A stretch of 64,000 nt of DNA. It comes from Octopus vulgaris. Its lineage: Eukaryota. How positions within the stretch are numbered: the first letter of the stretch is position 1; every line of letters begins with the position of its first letter. Below are positions 53,879-64,000 of the stretch, piece by piece. The stretch covers positions 64,852,001-64,916,000 of the forward strand of contig OX597826.1 in NCBI GenBank assembly GCA_951406725.2, read 5' to 3'. The position numbers and the translations under genes are program-made. The notes beneath the pieces are model-generated. The model saw only the letters and a list, made by a program, of their open reading frames with translations. It searched no databases and was not told the DNA's origin.

Positions 53879-54417
53879 CTGCCCACTTTGTTGTTGTTTA
53901 CATTTTTACAATGAAATCCAAAGTGAAGCATTTGCTTTTATTCATCCCATATTTCCATGTTCACATGGGTTGTGAGGTAAATTTTCTATGGCCAGACATC
54001 TTTCCAACCTCCATCCTTCACCTCTTGGATTTCTCAGCCTGTATCCAGTGGAATATTGAAGTTGTAACAACTGGAAGAAAGTGGACTGCACCAGTATACA
54101 ACTGGTACTGATTTTAGCCGAGTAGACTGTAGCAATGCGAAATGAAGTGCTCTGTTCAAGGATACAATGTACCACCCAATCGAAGGATTGAACCCACAAC
54201 ATTATGATCATGAACTCAACAGCATAACTACTAGGCCTCATGTCTCTACAAGACAGAGCTATGGAGAGAATTTAAAGATCTCATATTTCTAGCATAATGA
54301 TAATATGTTCTTAATTCTTTCAAGAATATTATTGTCTAAAGTGTTAATAAAAAAAAAAGAATGAAAAAGAAAAATTTGATATTAAACAACAATTTCTGTA
54401 TATCTTTAACAACTTAC

Positions 54418-54506
54418 AAATCCTGCCCCTTCAAAGATAAAATAAACTAATTGAAACTTTAATAGGTTTCAAATGATAACATCAGTCTGACGTGACATAC
54501 AGCTGC
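54418..54506 (-). other. Candidate 89-nt non-coding exon upstream of POMP
   Basis: attgcttttag|GCAGCTG...GGCAGGATTT|gtaagt. Confidence 0.45.
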
Positions 54507-56334
54507 CTAAAAGCAATATTCTCAGAATTGAAATAAATATCTTAATATAACAATTTATATGTAAGAAATAAAGAAGCAATAAAATGTAACACACACACAC
54601 ACAGCGCAAAGAACTGCAGTTTAAACCAACAAAGCATGAAATACATGGGACAGTCAGTAGCCTGAGGTTGAAAAGTAAGTTGTGGGACTATAGTAACAAA
54701 GTTCAGAAGTTCAAACCAAAACACTATCAGAATGAGGAGGGAGGAAGGGAGATGGCTTTTATTTATTTATTTATTATTTTTATATTATTTCTAACCTCAA
54801 AACACACCCTTAAAACTAGTGTGGATACCAATGCTTATCAAATAGCAAGCTGGAGATTATTCCCAATAGACAGAATAGTGACAAGATGCCAAGCCTAATC
54901 TGAAAGAATTAGGAACACAGGAGGAGGTGCTGAAAGAAAATACTATAGCTTTGTAAATGAAGGAGGAGGCAGTAGCAGACAGAAGTTTAATACTCTGGCC
55001 TTGAGTTCCTTTGTAAAATGTAGATAAAAGATGTCTAATAGACCTTAACAATTATTTTATCTTTCTTTCAATTGGGGCTGGTATAATAAACAATATGATC
55101 AATGATTTTACAAATTAATGAAATACCAAGCTACACAGCAGTTTATTCATATCCAGTTAGATTTTCATTAAATTTTCAACATAGGCACAACATGGCTGTG
55201 TGGTAAGAAGCTTGCTTCCCAACCACATGGTTCTGGGCTCAGTCCCACTGCCCATGGCACCTTGAGCAAGTGTCAACTCTAGCCTTGGGCCAACCAAAGC
55301 CTCATGAATGGATTTGGTAGACAGAAACCAAAAGAAGCATGTTGCATATATATATATATTCGTCTGCTGTTACGTTCTGAGTTTAAATTCTGCCGAGGTC
55401 GACTTTGCCTTTCATCCTTTCGGGGTCGATAAAATAAGTACCAGTTACGCACTGGAGTCGATGTAATTGACTTAATCCGTTTGTCTGTCCTTGTTTGTCC
55501 CCTCTATGTTTAGCCCCTTGTGGGCAATAAAGAAATATATATATATATGTATATATCTATGTGTGTGCATCTTTGTATCTGTGTTTGTGCCCCCATCACT
55601 GCTTGAAAACTGGTGTTGTTGTGTTTACATCCTCATAACTTAGCAGCTCAGCAAAAGAGACTTCAAAAATAAACCCTAGGATCAATCAGTTCAACTAAAA
55701 CCCCACAAGGCAGTGCTCTAGCATGACTGCAGCCAAATGGCTGAAACAAGTAAAAGAATAAAAGGAAAAGCATACATTATTATTAACATATATATTTTCA
55801 AAAATCTTGAATTTTTCTAAAAAATGATTCTACAGCAAGAAGTAACTTAACCCTTTTGATACCAAACCACCTGAGACGCTGCTGCTGGTTCTATGTTACA
55901 AATTTCCTGCTGAAAGTAATCTAAATTGAAGCCTTCCATCAAAACATGTTCCAAACACCAGTTTAATATTAACAAAGTTATTTTGCTAAATTCCTCATTT
56001 CAACTGAAATATGGCAATGAAATAGTTAAAAGGATTTTTTTTTTAATCATTAGATATATTCAAATCATACTTTTTTTTTTTAGTAAACTAAGATTTAAAA
56101 ATACAAAAGATAAGTAATTTTAAAGAAAGTATTATGTATGAAAAATGTAGCAAGCATTAGTTAAGAAGTCTACTCCTCAACAAATGGTTGTGGATTCAGT
56201 CAAATCGTGCAGCATCTTAAGCAGGTGTCTCCTACCATAGCATTGGACCAACAAAAGCTTTAGAGTGAATTTTGTAGGAAGTAAAAGAAGCCTATTTTAC
56301 ACACACATATATTATAGTGAGAATTTACAAAAAA

Positions 56335-57690
56335 AACAAAAGACGAAGACGGTTGTGTAAACAACAAACAGATGGTTTAGTTTAACGCTCGAGAAGTGAG
56401 AAAATCTTTTACGTTTCGAGCCTATACTCTTTGACAGAAAGGAACACAGAAATAAACAGGGGGAGAAAATAGAAAAAGGTTTAGTGGCTAGTGATCTATC
56501 ATGGCAAATGCCTGACAGAGGGGTCACACAGGAGAGCTAGGAAGAAGGGGAGATAATAAAGTAGTGGTGATCACAAAACGAAGGTGCGCGTGCATGTGTA
56601 TGTGAGAGCATGAATGTGCATGTGGAAGCCAGCTGGTGATATTGATGTGTGTGTGTGCATGTGTAGGTGCCGGGAAGTGGTCAGTGCTAGTGTGTGCAGA
56701 GTGGTGTCATGTGGTGGTATTGGGGTGTGGGGGAGGCGAGAGTGGGAGAAGCAAGGGTGGGGGTCTAAAGGATGGGGTGGAGGTGGGACGGGATGTATAG
56801 GGATAGTGGGGTTGGAATATGTAGGAGTGGGGTAATGAGGGATGTGGTGACGAAGGGAGCTGGGTAAGAGTGAAGAGAGAAAGTAGGTGCCAGAGCAAGA
56901 GAGGTGGTTGGGAGGAAGTAGGTGTGAGAAGAAGAGAGGAGGGGGTTAGATGAAGAGGGGAGGAAAGTTGAGCCCATATGGTTCAAAGAAGTGCTCATGG
57001 CAAAGACGGCTGTGCAAGGACAATCCGAACAAAGACAGGTGTTGTAAAGAGTGACCAGTAGAGTGGAAATGGTGCAAGACTGGGGTGTCGTTGCCGATTT
57101 GGATGTCTCGGAAGTGTTCCGCAAACCGGCCAGCCAAGCAGCGTCCCATTTGACCTATAGAAGGACAGAGAGAGCAGGAGATGCAGTAGATGATGTTGCT
57201 AGAAGTGCAGGTAAAGGAGTCAGTGATATACGATAGGGTCAATGACGGGTGCCCATGAGGAGGGTGGTGTTGGAGAGGTAAGGGCAAGTGTGGCAGTGTG
57301 GGCGGGAGCAGGGGAACTAGCTGGGTTGGGAGATTGGGTTAGGGAAGAAGCTATGGATCAAGAGGTCTCGTTTGAAGGAGGGGAGATGTGCGAAGTGGAG
57401 GGGTCGAACTGGAAGGCTCCGAGAATGGTGCACTGGAGAGGTAGAGTGGTGGGTGAGGGGAAATGGGAGACGGGAGAAGGCGGGGCAGGTGAGAACAGAT
57501 GCACGGTCCACAGAACATGCTCTGGCAAGGGCAGTGTGGATAGTGGTGAGGGGATATCCACATAGGATGAAGTGGTGAGTCATGAGTTGAGACAGAGTGT
57601 CAAAGTCATGGTTGTCACCGCAGAGCCTGCGTAACGAAGGAATTGGGAATAGGGGATAGAGAGCCTGGTGTGCTTAGGGTGGGAGGAGAA
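56335..57690 (-). mobile_element. Decayed 3' part of a Penelope-like retroelement (RT C-terminus, GIY-YIG endonuclease, terminal repeat region)
   Basis: Minus-strand peptides FSSHPKHTRLSIPYSQFLR (about 57690-57635) and DSFTCTSSNIIYCISCSLCPSIGQMGRCLAGRFAEHFRDI...HHFHSTGHS...PYGLN (track ORF 56946..57287). Frameshifted; abuts a SINE at about 57692. Confidence 0.88.
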
Positions 57691-58459
57691 GGGCATGGCT
57701 GTATAGTAAGAAGTTTGCTTCCCAACCACCCTGTTGCAGGATCAGTCCTGCTATTTGGCACTTTGGCCATGTGTCTTCTACTATAGACTCGGGCAGATTT
57801 GTGAGTGGATTTGGTAGATGGAACCTCAAAGAAGCCTGGTCATATATATAGATAGATAGATATATGAGTGTGTATCTTTGTGCCTGTCCCCTACTAGAGA
57901 ACCAGTGTCAATGTGTTCATGTCCCCATAACTTAGCAGTTCAGCAAAAGAGACCAACATAATAAGCACCAGGCTTTAAAAAGACAAAGTGCTGGGGTCAA
58001 TTTATTCAATGAAAAAAATTCTTCAAAGCAGTGCCCCAGCATGACCTGTCTAATGCCTGAACCAAGTAAAAGATAAAAGATATATATATGTACACACACA
58101 CACATATATATATATACATATACACACACACACACATTAAAAAAAAAATTTCAGTCTTGATTCAAATTAGACATGACTGCAAGAACAAATACAATAATTC
58201 TAAAACAATAACTAAGAGAAAATCTATGTACTTCTAACGTCTCTTAGTTTTTATATCAGCTTCTGACGAGTACAAATATGACTATTACGATTTTCTATTT
58301 ATGAATATCTGAGTCTTTTTGCATGAAACAAACTGTATAGCAACATGAAAAATAAAAAAAACTATAATCCATTTTAACATTTAATCTCCTCCATCACATA
58401 AATATGAATGAATTTGTTGAACTTTGTTTAATAAGTTAAATCATATACTGATAATTTCT

Positions 58460-58513
58460 AAATATAAATATATATATATATATATACACACACACATATA
58501 TATATATATACAT

Positions 58514-58546
<33 letters not shown>

Positions 58547-58570
58547 CACATATATATAAAATATATATGT
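58460..58570. repeat. Compound (AT)n/(AC)n microsatellite, representative of dozens of AC, AT, AG, AAT, ATC and GTT tracts in the window
   Basis: Directly visible in the sequence. Confidence 0.95.
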
Positions 58571-61500
58571 GCATGCATTTGTGTGTAATTGTTGTATACA
58601 AGCATCACCATCATATATATGATGTCTTCATTTTCACTCTTTCATGAAAATATGTCCAGTGATGGGGAAAATATTACTTTTTCTATTTGGCTGCACCTGA
58701 AGAAATTTTAAAATTTGATGTAATTTTCTGCACTTAATCTCAGAAAAGTTTCATTGATTTAGTGAAAATGAATTTCATGTCAATGATTAGCATACAAAAC
58801 TATACCAAAACACCAAATATAAAATCAACTGGAACAAAAATTGAAGAAATTGAAAAGTGACAGCCATAACAGAAAAGATTTCAAGTGATTGCTGGTGACA
58901 GAAAGAGCAGATGTGACCATAGAGAATCAACAAATTCCACCAGAAAAAGTGCACATTAAAATAATGATGATGAATTATGTACAAAAAAGGCTTTATGAAA
59001 CCAAGAAAATGAAAGGTTAATAGTGACCTATTGTTTTTGTCATTATTTTCAAAATTAATTGAAAATTGAAACAAAGACAGTGTATTTCAACAGAAATATG
59101 ATACAGAGAGGGTTAAACGAATGTTTTATAGCATTACCAGAGGGCCAGAGAGAGATATTCTAATGCAATAAAACAGAGGGACAAAGATTTTCACTCAGAT
59201 TTAGAATGATCAAAAATAGAACACAGCTGGCTAGCTTAAGTTTGTTCTCTGACCCCTGCAATTAAAATGTATGCTATCTCTGACACTGAATTCCAACAAA
59301 GTTTACTTATCTCAAGTTGGCAGTAAACTTTAAGGAAAATGAAGCAGCTTTAACTACTGACCCAATACATGGTTCTGCAGTCCAACTAACTCAATGAAGC
59401 ACTAGAAATATTTATAACATTTAAATATATTTAAAACATATTTAGTCTCTCACAATGAAATGGCAAAACTAAAATGTGGGTTGCCAATTCTGTTCTCCAG
59501 GTTTTAAATAACTTGACTACAGAAAGGATCTGAACTTTAAAACTAAATATAATAATGTAAAGTATTTAGTTTCTCAATTGTCATTTTACTTAATAATAAT
59601 TGTTTTTAATTTAGGCAGAAAACTTGCAATTTTGGAGTAGAGCACTTACAATGCCAAGACATGGCCTTGCAGTAAAGAATTTTGTTTCGCAACTACATGG
59701 TATCTAGTTCAGTCCTACCACACAGCACTTTGGGGAAGTGTTTTCCACTACAGCCCCAGGCTAATCTAATCCTTAGGAGTGCATTTGACAGACAGAAACA
59801 CTGTAGAAGCCTGTCTCATACACACATATAGCGACCATTTTTTGATGCATGCATTGGACAGACAGAATTTGTTGAGGCAGTTTTTCTATGGTTGAATGCT
59901 CTTCCTGTCACCAACCCAATATATTTCCAAGTAAAGTTCCCCATGACCAGATATATTTTTCACAGAAGACTGGAAACAATCAATGTTGCTTGCATGAAAT
60001 TGATGCTCATTTACACCCATTACATGATGTCAAGATGAGGGTATACACACACACACACATATATACAACAGGTTTCTTTCAGTTTCCATCTACCAAATCT
60101 ATTCACTAGGCCTTGATCGGCCTAGGGCTATAGTTGAAGATACTTGCCCAGGAAGCTGTGCATTGAAGTTGAACCCTAGACCACAAAGTTGGGATGCAAG
60201 CTTCTCAGCCATATACCAACACCTGTGTGTGTGAGTGTGCATGCATGTGCATGTACATGCACACTGTTGTTACTCCACTGCCTCACAACCAATATTGGTT
60301 TGTTTGTATCCTTACAATTTAACATGAGCAGCAAAAAACACAAAAAAAAAATACAATAGAAAAAGCACCAGACTTGAAATAAAAGTCCTGGGCTAAGTTT
60401 GTTTGAATAAACCATTCAAGGCTGTGCTCTACATCATGGCTACAGTACAATAACTAATTATGAATTAAATTAAAAGTCAATCTAAGCATTTTAAAAAATC
60501 TGCCTTAAGGTCAAGACCCACCCATCCCAAACACCTTTTTTAAAGCTATTTTAATTACAAACACCTGAAGACATTTTAATAAGCAGGTAGTGGAGTTATG
60601 GCAACAAAACATCTTTAATTCTGCTGTTGTCAAATGAAAGCCCACCCTACCTGTCAATTTGATAAAAAGGTCAGAAAATCGTTTTTGGAATAGGTCAATC
60701 TGGCCAGTTTTTCTCCCTGTCTTATATTTGATGTGGGTTAGTGGTTAGGGTGTTGAGTCTACTATGAATCATTAAAGTCATGCATTTCAAAACAATTTTC
60801 TGTCATAAGTGTATGGCTAAGAAGCTCACTTTGCAACCATGTGGTTTTGGGTTCAGTCTCACTGTATGGCAGCTTGGGCAAGTGTTTTTTTTTTTTTTCT
60901 ATAACCCCAGGGTGACCAATGACTTGTGAATGAGCTTTGTAGACAAAAATTGTGCTGAAGCCTCTCTGTGAGTATGCTGGTTTGTTTACATCTTTACAAA
61001 CCCGTAAATTAGTAGCTGAGTAAAAGAGACAGAAAGAATAACTACCAGACTTATAAAACAGATGCAGGCATAGTTGTTTACCTACAAATGCGTTGTTTCA
61101 CTTTAAGGATGCTTATTTACTCAGCCATTATATTTTGATTGTTGTCCATTGTTTCAAATATGTTTTAGCATTGTTGTTCTAGCCTTTTTTAAACAATCAC
61201 TCACATATGATTCGTCCCAAAGAATTAACCTTTAAATAAGAGTTTTGCTTCATTAGTGAAAGCTGTATGTATCTTTCAGAAAGCTCCATACCTATTTAAC
61301 CTTATGTAGCATTCACTGTTAATTTATGCGCAGGACATGTGGGAAGACAGAATAAAGGGGCTTTTGTTAGCTTATCTCTCCAAAAAAATAGCTTCCTTTG
61401 CTGTTGAAAAAAAAAAAACTCACAGAGGGGAAGTTTCAAAGTCTTCCTTCAATTTCCTTACACCATTTATGTGGCTGTTTCTGACAAGACATTTCGCTTT

Positions 61501-61794
61501 CATGTTAAACAACTATATTTTGTAGTCATTATCCATAATCTACTCCCAAAACACTTCAGTAGTTCTACTTTGCATCACTTGCAAACTTTTATGTTCTATG
61601 ATCATTAAAGTGCAATGACCTCTACAATAACCAGCCATCAATTTGATTTTCCGTACCTAGGTTAATCGAAAACATAGATTGCCGTACTACTCATAAACCT
61701 TCCCAGTAGTTCAATTATTTAGTGAAAAAAATACCACCAAAGCAACTTAAACCATCCAAAGGACAGGTAGATTTGCTAGTATACAAATATATAT

Positions 61795-62023
61795 GACGGG
61801 CTTAAAAAGCACCATTTGAGTGTGACCGTTGCCAGTACCGCCTGACTGGCCCTCATGCCGGTAGCACGTAAAAGCACCCACTACACTCTCGGAGTGGTTG
61901 GCGTTAGGAAGGGCATCCAGCTGTAGAAACTCTGCCAGATCAGATTGGAGTCTGGTGCAGACCTCAGTCAAATCATCCAACCCATGCTAACATGGAAAGC
62001 GGATGTTAAACGATGATGATGAT
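61795..62023 (+). mobile_element. SINE module family D with RTE-type tail ending in (GAT)n
   Basis: GGTTGGCGTTAGGAAGGGCATCCAGC...CATGGAAAGCGGATGTTAAACGATGATGAT. Related copies at about 16280-16410(-), 27880-28085, 28585-28700, 38150-38400(-), 40455-40680 and 50810-50970. Confidence 0.8.
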
Positions 62024-64000
62024 GGGCTTCTTTCAGTTTTTGTCTACCAAATCTACTCACAGGCTTTGGTCAGCCCAGGGTTATCGTAAAAGATGACACA
62101 CAGTGAGACTGAACTCAAAACCACATAGTTGGGAAGCAAACTTCTTAATCATCAGTTTGAAAGTTTGTACTGAGGCCAAAATGTATGTTTTGTAATGTGA
62201 AAATAGTTGCTCCATCTACAATGCCTGACAGATATTTTAGACTTTTCAAAGAGTCAACGTCTGTAATAAGCAGTGTTGTGTTAACTTCAGTAGTTTGACA
62301 AGAACTAATGATATTTGCAGGAATAATTGTCATTTGATACACTTAATGTAACTTTCAATTCTCAGAGAATATAGAAAGAAACCACTTGAAATGTTTTAGT
62401 ATATATGCACTGAAATCATTTGAAAGCTTTCTCGACAATTCCAGTTCCTTTAAGTTAATTATACATATTCAGTTCCTTGTAGTGATATATGACATTTATA
62501 AGAAAAAAAAAATTATATTGTACTGAAACATAATGGACTGATATTAACTGCAAAATCTGTCAGTACCAAATAAGTTACATAGATGAAACATTTGAAAATA
62601 ATAATGCTAAAGATTAAATTTGGTTTCTCAAAAGAGTGGCTGTTAATTATAGATGTTCTCAGTATAATTTTGAAACTAAGACATTACAATGCAGTATTGT
62701 ACTATGGAATGTAATAGTTTACACAATATTGAATAAAATCTCTCTATATATCCTACAGTACAAATTAGCACCAGAACACACATTGTTAAATCGCCAGTAA
62801 TTTATTAACCGAACTAGCTGTCAAGAATGTATTAAACATTCAACCCTTTTCATACTAACGTGCCTGAAACCACTTTTGGTTCTATGTTATAAATTTCCTG
62901 TTTTAAAAGCAACTAAATTAGATCTTCCATCAAAAATTTTGTCGTAGTTTATGTTCCCGATACCAGATTAATAATGACAAAATTTACTGAAACAAAGGCT
63001 GTGTATTTCAACAAGAAAGTAATAACAAGAAGAGTTAAATCAGTCTATCCAATTTATTAAGCCTTTAATAATAGTGGGTTTATAAGCAATATCAATATGG
63101 ATAGTTAAAGTCAACACTCAGTTGCTGATGAAACTAACTTGATTGATCATATTCTAACCACAAAGATATTCTAGTGTATACAAGACTATTATATATGGTA
63201 TAGGCTAAACATATAATACAGTTATAATCTATTGTCCCATTCACAAGAATGGTGATTTCTGAGGTTCAATCCCACTGCACAGTACACCTTGGGCAATTGT
63301 CTTCTACTACAGCCTTGGGCCAACTAATGCTTTGTATATGAAATTGTTAAAAATTCTTAGAGAAGCAAGTCTATCATTTTAATGTTAACTTTTCCATGCT
63401 CGCATAGGCCAGACAGGATTTCCTGCAGTAAATTATCTACAGTAGGATGCCCTTCCTGTCACAAACCCTCACTGTATCCAATTAGTCCATTAGTCTGGAC
63501 GTTTCTGTGGGAGATTGCAAACAGCACCACCGTTTGTATGACAGTAATACTTGTCTGCAATTAGTATGCATTGTCGAGACATAGGAGACATAAATACATA
63601 CACATCAATATGTACATGCACGCACACACCTATATATCTATACACACAATGGGGCTTCTTTTCAGTTTCTGTTTACCAAATTCCTTTACAAGGCAGTTGG
63701 CTCAGGGATGTAATAGAACACATTTGCCTATCGGTACAATGCAGTATGATGGAGCTGAAAATCACATGGCCACAAAACACACAGAAGTACCTGCACCATT
63801 TTTTTGTGTGTGCATATTTATATGTATGTTTTAACATTCACTTTTGTATGCTTGCTAAGGTCAGACAATCTAGTTGATATTTTTTGATGTTAAAAAAGAC
63901 TTTTATTTTTGAAGGGGATTTTCAGTTTTTTTTCTTCTTTTTATGCAAACTGTCGACTTTAGCCCTAACACCCTGTGTGTGTGTATCATCATCATCGTTT

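Noticed and set aside
57051-57578. Plus-strand ORFs of 61-107 aa in the GC-rich block
   Set aside because: They are antisense shadows of the Penelope-like element ORF.
58263-58295. CTGACGA-GTA...TAC-GATT hammerhead-like string (other CTGATGA hits at about 8538, 40034 and 63125 were also checked)
   Set aside because: It lacks the GAAA core and supporting stems.
1-64000. CRISPR arrays, rRNA genes, prokaryotic operons and snoRNAs
   Set aside because: The DNA is eukaryotic intron-rich sequence with no regular repeat-spacer array or rRNA similarity. TGATGA hits are mostly (GAT)n SINE tails without box D or terminal stems.

Overview
AT-rich, microsatellite- and SINE-dense metazoan DNA. The repeat families (tRNA-derived Meta-domain and CORE-like SINEs, RTE-tailed SINEs) point to an octopus or other cephalopod genome, by inference. 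Almost every ORF in the supplied track is a repeat artefact. The one firmly identified gene is POMP/UMP1 (proteasome maturation protein) on the minus strand, with five coding exons (39381-39383, 32950-33053, 30835-30895, 30307-30408, 26716-26809). I could not find its expected last exon in the window. Upstream of POMP is a chain of short candidate non-coding exons packed with uORFs. Downstream is a second chain of candidate minus-strand exons (13.1 kb, 7.3-7.6 kb, 0.7 kb, 20-49) that could encode a 60-aa membrane microprotein followed by an ATG-terminal exon. The most distinctive element is a tRNA-headed, non-autonomous retroelement at about 24545-24990 that carries a well-formed minimal hammerhead ribozyme and ends in a perfect 40-bp palindrome. 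A decayed Penelope-like element (RT C-terminus plus GIY-YIG) with a degenerate hammerhead lies at 56.3-57.7 kb. The rest is RTE and R4/Dong LINE remnants, a DD37D-type mariner fragment, piggyBac/hAT/mariner MITEs, a Helentron-like element and a foldback element. All non-POMP exons are predicted by eye from splice signals and need RNA-seq support.
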